From Octopus bimaculoides (Eukaryota): DNA of 64,000 bases. The notes below the pieces were generated by a model that was not told where the DNA came from, ran no database searches, and saw only the letters and a list, made by a program, of their open reading frames with translations. Position 1 is the first letter of the stretch; each line of letters starts with the position of its first letter. The translations under genes and the position numbers were made by a program. Positions 52,761-64,000 of the stretch are shown in pieces. The DNA lies in NCBI RefSeq assembly GCF_001194135.2, contig NC_068983.1:108321762-108385761 (forward strand). The letters run 5' to 3'.

Positions 52761-52983
52761 TGAGCAAGCATATGCATGCATATATCTATTTAATAGAAAA
52801 ATTGCTCAGCGTATACTTTCATCAAACAAATTCCACTCAAAAAATAATGTTCCATATGGTGCTGCAAATGAATACAGTTTATGTATAATCATTTTCATCT
52901 GCATGTTTGAAATGTATTAATATCCAGGTAATATACATTTTTATATTTATTTATTACCTTTCATCCATCCATATATATATACA

Positions 52984-53026
<43 letters not shown>

Positions 53027-53048
53027 ACATATATATATATATATATTT

Positions 53049-53700
53049 CTCTTGAGAGAAAAGCTGAACATTAGAAGCATCAGTTGTGGTGTGCAAGAGA
53101 GACGATTGCGCTGGTATGGACATGTGGTGAGAATGGATGAGGATAGCTGNNNNNNNNNNNNNNNNNNNNNNNNNNNNNNNNNNNNNNNNNNNNNNNNNNN
53201 NNNNNNNNNNNNNNNNNNNNNNNNNNNNNNNNNNNNNNNNNNNNNNNNNNNNNNNNNNNNNNNNNNNNNNNNNNNNNNNNNNNNNNNNNNNNNNNNNNNN
53301 NNNNNNNNNNNNNNNNNNNNNNNNNNNNNNNNNNNNNNNNNNNNNNNNNNNNNNNNNNNNNNNNNNNNNNNNNNNNNNNNNNNNNNNNNNNNNNNNNNNN
53401 NNNNNNNNNNNNNNNNNNNNNNNNNNNNNNNNNNNNNNNNNNNNNNNNNNNNNNNNNNNNNNNNNNNNNNNNNNNNNNNNNNNNNNNNNNNNNNNNNNNN
53501 NNNNNNNNNNNNNNNNNNNNNNNNNNNNNNNNNNNNNNNNNNNNNNNNNNNNNNNNNNNNNNNNNNNNNNNNNNNNNNNNNNNNNNAGATTGGAGCCTGG
53601 TGGTGCCATCCGGTTTCACCAGTCCTCAGTCAAATCGCCCAACCCATGCTAGCATGGAAAGCGGACGTTAAACGACGACGATGATGATGATGATGATGAT
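53049..53700 (+). mobile_element. RTE LINE 3' fragment spanning an N gap
   Basis: REKLNIRSISCGVQERRLRWYGHVVRMDEDS before the gap (53150-53586); family terminus and (GAT)n after it; flanked by (TA)n. Confidence 0.9.
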
Positions 53701-53736
53701 ATATATATGTATATATATATATATATATAGAGAGAG

Positions 53737-53775
<39 letters not shown>

Positions 53776-53999
53776 CATACAGACCTACACATGCACCCCC
53801 ATCCACTGCTCCCTTCTTAACTCCATCCCCACCACAAAACTACATTCCTACCTGGTCCTGGCCAGCTTTTTCTCATTCATTACTCAATGTACCAAGAACA
53901 TATTATTGACAGCATCCTGTTTACATGAAGTAACCTTTCCCATGGTGTTAGATTACATTTGATATCATGTGACCAACATGGGCAGGCTGTACTTTACAT

Positions 54000-54890
54000 G
54001 GGAAGTAGGCATCATATACCTTGTCCTTCTTGGTGGATCAGCTAGGTCTTGCATGGTATACCTGGACTGTCATCAGTCAAAAGTTTAAAGTCCATTAACA
54101 GGGTGTACCTCTGGTGGCAGCAACAAAATAGTTCATGTGTCCTATTGTTGGCTACAACAGCCTAGTCATTATGTGCAGGAATAACATCCCTGCTGCTCAC
54201 ATAGACTATAGTCTATTAATGCTGGACATGCAACTTCATTTGTAACTTAATAGCATCTAAAAAGTAAAGACTAATGTTACTAATGTGTTCATAGTCTGCT
54301 GAGTGATTACTGAATGACTAAATAGCTTCAACATCTTACCTAACCACCCATTACAAGAAATTGATGTTATGAAGATACCACACTCAGCATCAAAGTGGTG
54401 CCAACATCATACCAACACCTTGTCTATAATATATGGATCTAAGAAAATAAGCAACGTCACTTTTATAGTAATATAACCAAATAACCTGAGTTGACCAATA
54501 GAGAACTTAAACACCTTGAAACTGCTTTGAAAATCTTTCAAACTCTCTACTCTTCCTTTGAACATCTAACACACTGGATGTGTCCTACATACCCATGAAA
54601 TTTTGACTTATGTGGAGCTGAGTCAAACTGAATTTTATCAAACGCATTTAGTTCCTTTGAAATGTGTTGAGTACTACTCCCTCTTGTTTGTTCACTCCCT
54701 TAGATCGACCTCTATTGTTATTGATATATTCACTCATGCAGTTAGATTTTTGTGTCTACCCTTCTCATCAATCAATTAGAACCAACAACTTAATTTCACA
54801 TCTCAGAAATACACAAGAGCCAATTACTTGATGATTAATCTCCTCACTTGATCAAAAACTTCATTATTTACCCGAAGGTGTTTAGTCAAT
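54000..54890 (+). mobile_element. Possible highly decayed Penelope-like RT relic
   Basis: Fragments SIKVVPTSYQH (cf. MGTKxAPxYAN) and TDIF..-like segments downstream; weak. Confidence 0.2.
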
Positions 54891-54904
54891 GAACTCTCCA
54901 CCAG

Positions 54905-55290
54905 CACTTGCTTTTTAATATCTGGTATTTATTCTATCATTCTTTTTGCTGAGCTGCTAAGTGATAAGTCCATAAACGATAGCATACCACTTGTCAAGAG
55001 ACAAACACAGGCAAGCACTCACACTCACACACACACTCACACACACACTCACATGCGCACACACACACACATGCATGCACACATGCATGCACACATGCAC
55101 ACACATGCACAAACACCCACCCATCCTACACACACAGAGGTTTGTACACAGTTTTCATTTACCAAATCTGCCCACAGAACAATGGTTACCCAGCACTATA
55201 GTAGAAGATATTTGTCCAAGATGCTGTGAGGTGGGATTGAACCCAAAACCAAGTGGTTGTGAAGTAAACTTCTTAACTACACAACCATGC
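54905..55290 (-). mobile_element. tRNA-derived SINE, family C (old)
   Basis: ttgctgagctgctaagtgataag...gacaaacacag...(CA)n...gaagatatttgtccaagatgctgtgaggtgggattgaaccc. Confidence 0.8.
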
Positions 55291-57875
55291 TAGTGTTCAC
55301 ACACATGCACACACTCACATATGTATGATAAATATGTATATGTCTGTGCATCTGTGTCTATGTGTAATATTTATATCTATGTTTAGGTATATCTTCATGA
55401 GCAAATATGTATACATGATTGTATGTCTGTATCGAAACAAGAATAGGACAACTCCTATTCATTCATTCTTGTAGTCAATAGCACAATGTTTGGAACCTCT
55501 GATCATGAAAAGTCAATCATTTGTCTTTATTCATCACAATACCATGTATAATAAATAAGTATTTAGGTTTGATTTTAAAGTTATTTTATAACAGTATGAA
55601 ATAAAATAATATACAGTATGAAAAATTTTTAATTGTGGTCTAATCAACGTGCAAGTAAAAATATAACCTTCTGAGTGTATGTTAAGAAGAACATAAATAT
55701 TTTTTTGACACATCAAATGATTATCCTTCAGAACTAGATTGGTTTCTACTGTTATATCTTCAAGATACAAATAACGCAATTAATAAATAAACTAACTCTC
55801 TGAAATCTTGTTCAGAGAATGCTTTGCAGAGAAAAGTATATGTAGAAGAATATTCCTTGATAAATATACTTAAATTGAAAGTAGTTAAGTTCTATGTAAA
55901 AGGTAAAAGAAGAAATGTGCAATACAAAGTAGTTCAGTTTTTAACTGATACAACCTCAGTTTACTGTGGAAGAGAAAACTAAAATAACAAAGCACTGTCA
56001 CAGATATACAAGTACTGAAGACTGAGGTAGGTTCTTCAGCTACAAGAGTAGTAAAACAGATTCTATTGAAAGATTTTATTGTTATTTCATTGCCACTTCA
56101 TGAATGGAAAACAAACACGTTTGCATACTTGATTTCAATTGTAAAATGGGATTAAAGCTGCTGCTTCTTGTTGGAAGATGGCTATTTTTCCTGAAACTAA
56201 TCTGCTGTCTCATGATATCTAATGGTGTATTTGGTCAACAATTTATTAATGTCTCGCAATTGATATTAGATTTTATATTGACTTTGGCCATAAGCAGTAT
56301 AGAAGATCAGCAATATCAAAGTGTATCAAATTCATCAATCTTATGCACAGGTACTTGATTGACATATTTCTCATAACTAAATATTATATTGTCAGCCTTT
56401 GTGGTTGGTGGAGGAATGAAACAAGCTTCCATTCAAAAACTGATATTCTTGTACTGAATTAGAGAAGAAAAAAATTTACAAAAGAAAAAAAGAAAAGCTA
56501 AAGAAAATGAAAACATTGTTCTGATTTACTTTCTGTATGTTAAGACAGTTGTTATTACTTTTGTTCCTCCTGCATATATAGGCCAAAGAACAACTTGAGC
56601 ATTAAAACAAGTTGCTTTTGTTAAATATAAATAATGCATGTTGATTTCTTCAAAGAGATATGGCTTTGTTGCTTTGGGAATTTAATATTTGTATTTCAAA
56701 CAGATATTGGATTATTTGCTCTGATATATCAATATGAATTGATGGCTGATTTAACCACAATTTTCATCAATACTAGCATGCATTTAAAAAACAACTACAA
56801 CAACAAATAAATAGAGAAAAAACAGGAATTGTTTTAGTTGACTTTGGTTGGCAGTTTTAAAACAACAACTTTTACAACAATCACTTTTGACAAGATTGGT
56901 AATAAAATAAAATATTAAAAATGGAGAACATTGTTAAAAACAACCTTTTTTCCCATGTTCTGTTTCAACATAATCATTGTTTCTAAGATATGACGGATTA
57001 TAGATCAAAATACAATACCTATTGACAAATCTACAATGTATTATTGATTAATGAAATACTTTATATCGATATTTTAAATAATTTTACAAAAATTCTGCTT
57101 TTTAATAATATCTGCCAAGTTAATTTTCATATTTATGAATAAATCATGTAAGTGAAATCATTGTATTTTATGTTTTTCTCTGAAATTATGACTTAAAGGC
57201 AAAGGAAATAATTACTAATCATATAAGAAACTGCATAGATTGAAGTATAAGGCTGATGCAAGAACACTAATTGAAGGGGAAGTGAATAGTCCATATACAA
57301 TTTTATTCTTTTAAACAAATAATGATAAAAAAAATAAAACTTTATAGGTAAAAGAATATAAATGAATATATTTTCTTTAAAGAAACTTCACCCAAACCCT
57401 GGATAAACTGGACAAAAGTGGTCAATTGCAATTTACTGTATATATTTTATTTACATGAAATTTGAAGAAACCTTGCAATAGTAACTGTAAAATCCAAATA
57501 TAATAAATTAATAATTTCTCAGTTATAATTAACAACTTTCTCTTAGAGTGTGATTTTATTAATTAAGTGTATATAGATAAAATACAGTTCTATTATTTTA
57601 TTTGTAAACAGTGAGATTATGTTTGTTGTTGAAATAAAATTGAAATTGTGACAAATGGTTTGTAAGTAGTTGTCAGCAGGTTAAGAGGTTGAGAGATGAA
57701 TGACCCTGTTAGATAAATGATCTTTTGAAGGAGAGGTAATAAGCCAATATGTGCATGCAGCAATTGGTGCTTTGTCCAGGTTTGTGATCAATGTGCTAGT
57801 CTAGAACATATATACACCTTGTATATGATAAAGCAGGCTTTTAGAACAGGGTTATTAATAGAAAAATAGTAGTGA

Positions 57876-57908
<33 letters not shown>

Positions 57909-58805
57909 AAGCAAAAAAATCTATGGTAACGAATGGTCACACTCAAAATGAAGAATAAATTTAGCACACTTAACATATTCTTATAAAAGATGTAGAAAAT
58001 ATAACTAAATATCACAGCTGTTTAATGTGCCAAGAGAAATCAATCATTTTTGTTATTGGTAATACAGAAATAGTAAATTGCAATTGTTATGCGTCTTTGT
58101 CAAAGAAATATCACAACATATTTCGAAAAAATTTAATAATTCACACCAAACTTTATTTAAAACCTCTTTAAAAAAATATTAATAAAGTATTTATTGGTTG
58201 GGAATTGTAATATACAGTTATAATGTAATACCATAATGAATACATTTGAGAAAATAACCCTTGAATTGTTCTTTTGTTCCTGTCACTGATTATTCAAATA
58301 ATGATAACCTTGACAGCTGATTTGAAAATGATTGATACCTTTGATGAATAAAGTAAAGCTATGGTTAACATAACGAGACTGTGTATTTGATTTGCCACAT
58401 TCTTGGTAATAATAAGTGTTGGTTTTCTGAACTTCATTCTTTAACAGCAGTTACACTTCAAGGAGTAAAAATGCAAGAGTTATAGTCTTGTCAAAACGGG
58501 TAGAAGGTTTAGAAAGTTTTAGTGAAAGGCATTGGCCACCTGAGCTAAACAAATAAATTCAGAAAGAGAGTTATAGTAATTATGTATTTATCTGGCATAC
58601 ATCTACAGAAAATTGAGAATGTGTTTGTGTGTGGGAGCAGACTCAAAAACGGTTTAAAATCTATATTTTACTGAAGTCTACTCATACAGTATGTAATGGT
58701 AAACATATCTAGCAGTGTTATTACTGCATAAAAATATTAATTTTATTCCTTGCATGTCTACTTTGTTAATGATAAAAAGTAAAATCTGAATAGAAACCAT
58801 GGGAG

Positions 58806-58806
<1 letters not shown>

Positions 58807-58889
<83 letters not shown>
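58807..58889. repeat. Perfect (CA)n microsatellite
   Basis: Directly visible. Confidence 0.95.
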
Positions 58890-58891
<2 letters not shown>

Positions 58892-61834
58892 AAATGTATT
58901 TGATATATGACTTATGAACATTCTATTTTCAAATAATATATCTTAACTGAGCATTAGGAAGTTGAGGGCTGGTAATTATAGTGTTTATATATGGCATTTA
59001 CATAGCTTCAAACTGATGGCATCAAAGATGTTTGAAATCTGGTAGCATTGCTGAATGATAAACACTTTTGTGGTGATTACTACTAGTAAGAAATGTAATG
59101 TACAATGCAGCTACCATCTTAGATATTTATCATTAGTTGTAAGTGTCATCTTCAGATCAAAAGAAATGAAGAAGCTTTTAGTCTATTTCTCTTTAGTATT
59201 TAAACCACTGATTTTATTTTTGTTATCTTTACATCTGGATGTAGGATTCAATCTTTATTCCATGTAATCTCACATTATTCTTTGTTTTCCTTTTGAAATC
59301 TGAGTAGCTTTCTAAATTAACATAGAAACCTTGCTTGATTGGTTTACAACAACATTGTACATTGTTTATTTTTATATTGTCTTTAATTGTTTTTTTTTTC
59401 TGCTATGCTTACTTTGAAATGTGTTAATGGCTCACGTGCATTTGTAAGTATACCTTTGAATGTTAATATCAGACAATTTTGGATGTAAACTACTGAAGAT
59501 TTCTTGCCACTTGTATTAAAGCCCTAATTCTAAAATTTTTTTGAAGATCATGTGTAGTGGCAAATAGGGAAAGAATAAACAATACATGAAACTATGTATA
59601 AATAAGTCACAATGAATTTAAAATTATATAATTTGTAATGAGTTAAATATCAATGATTTTCAAAAATAACCATAACAGTTTACTGATTATTGTAAGAAAA
59701 GAATTTCAAAGAAATTTTTATCTTGACAACAAAAAGTGAGGTAGAGTGATCTTGAAGATAAGGTCAAGGCCACTTGCTACAAGTCCAATCACTGAATTCC
59801 AAGCTTAGAATGCATGTTGTTCTTTCAGTGCAACTTGCACTGAATAAGCAATTGTGTTAAAAGCTGGATGCACTTACTAGGTACAACAAATTGATTCAAA
59901 ACAAGAACATTGCACATATCAACATGTAAAACTCCATGTCAGTCTTGTTTTAAATTTCATGAAGGATAATTATTTCTGTTCATAGTTGTTGCAGATTTCT
60001 AAATCTAATTTTTTTTTGAAAGCTTTAGTTGATCTAGAATTCTAAGAATTTATACTGTCTTGAAAGACTCTGTTTATAGCTAAAAAGTTTATTATCGAGG
60101 ATGGCTTCTGACATTATTTTATAAACAATGAATAAGTAACATTCTTGCAAGCAACAACTATAAACCAAATTAAATGTTAATGTAAGGTCTTACAAATTAT
60201 AAATTTTATAAAACCGATATATGAATGATTAACATAAAGCAATATTACATTTGGATTCTGTGTATTTATAAACATATCTAAACCACAAGAAAGAAATACA
60301 CTTGCTATCCTAACACTAGTACTTAAAAATGATTCAGTTAATAGCAATGTGAGTGGAGAAGATGATAAACTTGAGCTAGCAGACAGAACTCTGTCAGTAG
60401 TTTATATTATCTAAAATGCCAGCTATACTTTTTGATAATATTTACTTGAGATTATTTCAAAGATACACAGAAACACCTTAGCTTTAGACATATAGTTGAT
60501 AGTATTAAAAATTACTTTGGGGCAAACCAGTTAACCTTGTTCAACCTAAGGCACAATATTTAACTGAAAGTTATATATATATACTAAAAAAATATATAAA
60601 AACTAAAATGGAAACATTTTAGATAACTAATTCCTCTTAAAGATTTGAAATATTCAAGGATCAGATTAACATAATGTGACCTTAAGCAAAAGTTTTATTA
60701 AGTAAATTACCCCATTCACAGTTCATTTTATCATTTAGCTATATTATCTGCACAGTATAAAGTTTTCTCTATGCTTATAATTTCTGAGCAATTTTTACTT
60801 GAATGTAGTGTACTGTGTTATTGCTACCTTTGATGCCAGATAGCTACATCCTCTGAAGTCAGTAATGAAATAGAATAAAATAAAATAAACTGAAACCTGA
60901 GAAGTAAAGAGTAAAATTTTACAATAACTACAAATTATAAGTGAAATATCAGGTCCAGGATGAAAATTGTTTGGTGATAATCTTTTCGTCAAACTTTTGA
61001 ATAAAATATGAACATTGAGTTAAAAATGATAACATTTCATCTATTTATGAGAAAAAGTAACCAACTGATACATAAAGTTAAATTGGAGTTTCTCAATTTA
61101 ATGTCAATAACATATTATAAAATGAGATGTGACTAAATAGATCGAAATGTATCCTTGCATTATAATTAAAGATTACAATTTTTCTTATAAGTTTGTTGTT
61201 GGGAGGGTAATCATAAGCTTATTTTATTCTTGTAATTTTTTACTGATTTTAGCTACTGAACTATAGCTATGCTGGGACCTTCCCTTTAGGGGTGTTAGGG
61301 GATGATAGTGACACTGAAACTTATTTCATTCTGGTACTTATTTCATCAAATTTTATTTATTGAATAAATAATTTATATTTTGAAGAAGGAGAATATGGCC
61401 AGACATGTCTATCTCACCTGGTATACAAAAACAAAAGCCAATAAAGGAGCTTCTGTGATTTATTTCCTTTTTGGTTCTGAATTGTGTCTTCATCATTTTA
61501 TAATTTTCACATTACCATTTTTTAGAACAAGCCACTGATTCCTATGGTAAAATCTATATATATACTGATGGGGTAGAATTTACAATTCACCACCCACAAT
61601 GTAAGCCTTACTGATGAGCATTAAATTTCATGCAAAGTTGGCTTGCCAATCCAATACCTCTCAATTGTGGTGAGAAGGTTGTCTCCCCTGTTAGTACATA
61701 GAAAATGTGCTTTTGTGACTATAGAATTCTTTGACTCTTATTTCTAGCTATGATGGTGCTACCTGCACCATTTGTCACATTTTAGTGATGGTGAATTATT
61801 TCTTATTTTTGGTTTTGAGTTACTTCTAACCACT

Positions 61835-62078
61835 AGCTCTTACCAGTCATTTGTCTATCCCCAGTTTCTGCACTGACCACCAGATAAGGGATTGGAGGAT
61901 CCAGTCAAAGCCTTTCTCCAAGTTAACAAAAGCCAAGTACAGAGGTTTATCTTTGGCTAGGTATTTCTCCTGCAGTTGCCTTACCAGAAATATAGCATCA
62001 GTGGTGCTTCTGCTTTGCACAAAACCAAACTGCATGTCATCTAGGCTAACTCTCTCCCTAATTAGTTAGGTTCTGACC
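61835..62078 (-). mobile_element. RTE LINE RT fragment, inverted
   Basis: Minus strand: RERVSLDDMQFGFVQSRSTTDAIFLVRQLQEKYLAKDKPLYLAFVNLEKGFDW....LIWWSVQKLGIDK*LVRA (RT subdomains 2-3). Confidence 0.92.
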
Positions 62079-62256
62079 CTCTCTATATATATAGAGATAC
62101 ATGCAGATATGTATATACAGATATATATATATATATATATATATCATCATCATCATCATCATTGTTTAACGTCCGTTTTCCGTGCTAGCATGGGTTATAT
62201 ATATATGATTGTATATACATATCTGTCTGTCTGTCTCTCTCTCTATATATATCTGT

Positions 62257-63921
62257 CTTATCTGGTGGTCAATGCAGAAACTGGGGGTAGACAAGTGGCT
62301 GGTAAGAGCTGTACAAATTCTGTACAGGGATGCTGTCAGTAAGGTGAGGGTTGGCAACGAGAATAGGGAAGAATTCAAAGAAGTAGGGGTTCACCAAGGT
62401 TTAGTCTCAGCCTCCTCTTATTCATTATAGTCCTCCAGGCAACAACAGAGGAATTCAAGACAGGCTGTCCCCTGGGAGCTCCTCTATGCTGATGACTTTG
62501 CTCTAATAGCTGAGTCACTGCAAGAACTGGAGACAAAGTTTAGGGTGTGGAAGCAAGGTCTAGAATTGAAGGGCCTTAGGATTAACCTAGCAAAAATCTA
62601 ATGAAGCTAGTAAGTAGGAAGGCTGTCAAATGACAACCCCCTTAAGGTAGATGGCCCTGCTCGATCTGTAGAAAAGGCGTGGGTAGAAACTCCATACGAT
62701 GTACCTGGTGTAAGCTATGGAGACATAAAAGGTGCAGCAATACCAAGGGAAGGTTAACCGGGAAAATAGTTTTTGTGTGTGACAGATGCACTGGGGGAAT
62801 AAATACTGAAAATTTACAGAAAACAGATTCCAATACATGTCGGGGGGGGGGGACTACAAGTAGTTAANNNNNNNNNNACAGATTCCAATACATGTCGGGG
62901 GGGGGGGACTACAAGTAGTTAATAGCTTCAGCTACCTAGGTAATCAAGTCTGTAGTGGGGTGGCTGCTCTGAGAGTGTAGTGACTAGAGTTCAGGGCGCT
63001 CCTAACTCTGCTGGCAACTAAGGGCTTCTCACTCAGGGTGAAAGGTAGACTGTATGATGCATGTGTGCGAACTGCCATGCTACATGGTAGTGAAACATAG
63101 GCCATGAATGCTGAGGACATGCATAGACTTGAAAGAAATGAAGCTAGTATGATCTACTGGATGTGTAATGTCACTGTGCATACACGACAGAGTGTAAGTG
63201 CCCTGAGAGAAAATTTGGGGAAACGAAGTGTGCAAGAGAGGCGTCTACACTGGTATGGTTATGTGTTATGTATGAATGAAGACAGCTGTGTGAGGGAGTG
63301 CCACTCCCTAACTGTAGAAAGAGCCTGTGGAACAGGTAGATTCAGGAAGACATGGGATTAGGTGGTGAAGCATGACCATTGAACATTGGGCCTCACAGAG
63401 GCAATGATAGGCAATCAGGAGCTTTGGAGATATGCTGTGATTGAGAGGACCTGGAAACTAAAGTGAGATCGCAGCTACGCACATCCAGGCCTGTTATGAA
63501 TACCCCTGATGCATCGGACAATATGATATGCTTGAGAAGACCTGTTGAGTTAAGTAAAACCAATATCACAACTGTGGCCAGTGCCCCCTGACTTGATCCT
63601 GTGCCAGTGGCATGTAAAAAGCCATATCTGAATGTGGTCAATGCCAGGTCCACCTGACTGGCTCTTGTGCTGGTGGCACGTAAAAAGCACCAACCGAACG
63701 TGATCGATGCCAGGCTTGCCTGACTGGCTCCCATGCCAGTGGCATGTAAAAAGCACCCACTAAACACACGGACTAGTTGGTGTTAAGAAGGGAATCCAGC
63801 CGCAGAAACACTGCCAGATCAGACTGGAGCCTGGTGCAGCCACTGGCTCTCTAGACTTCAGTCAAACCGTCCAACCCATGCCAGCATGGAAAACGGACGT
63901 TAAACGATGATGATGATGATG
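62257..63921 (+). mobile_element. RTE-clade LINE, RT with intact PHD-type finger, C-terminus, 3' UTR repeats and (GAT)n tail
   Basis: LIWWSMQKLGVDKWLVRAVQ...GVHQG...LLYADD...WPCSICRKGVGRNSIRCTWCKLWRHKRCSNTKGRLTGKIVFVCDRC...YLG...RLHWYGYV...; same family as 41579-43197. Confidence 0.95.
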
Positions 63922-64000
63922 ATCTATGCATATCTATATCTATGTATGCATATATCCATATATATATATATGTATATGTTTATCCATGTATCTCTCTCTC

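Noticed and set aside
59720-59990. gtgatcttgaagataaggtcaaggcc motif reminiscent of molluscan Helitron-like MITE cores (similar impression at 12835-13085)
   Set aside because: No termini or second copy could be defined within the window.
62824-62921. Exact ~44-bp tandem duplication around a 10-N gap with a poly-G run
   Set aside because: Identical sequence on both sides of a fixed-size gap is typical of unmerged overlapping contig ends; treated as an assembly artefact.

Overview
This is AT-rich, CpG-poor eukaryotic (animal) genomic DNA, not prokaryotic. The repeat families, dense microsatellites and N gaps point to an octopod cephalopod (Octopus-like) draft assembly; this is inference from recognition, not a database result. 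The window is mostly intronic or intergenic and has no intact long protein-coding ORF; most ORF-track entries are microsatellite, N-gap or decayed transposon read-throughs. Supported content: three decayed mariner transposases; several copies and 3' tails of an RTE-clade LINE whose reverse transcriptase carries an embedded PHD-type zinc finger; a second, BovB-like RTE that has lost its RT; an R4/Dong LINE 3' end; a Penelope relic followed by a minimal hammerhead ribozyme motif; at least three tRNA-derived SINE families; and several MITEs (piggyBac-like, one with a TTAGGG array, one 330-bp foldback palindrome, one Helentron-like). A host gene cannot be identified. The best weak candidates are a plus-strand exon encoding a type II membrane anchor (2677-2781) and a few microexons with strong splice signals. 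Repeat boundaries were read by eye and are approximate unless a TIR or TSD is quoted.
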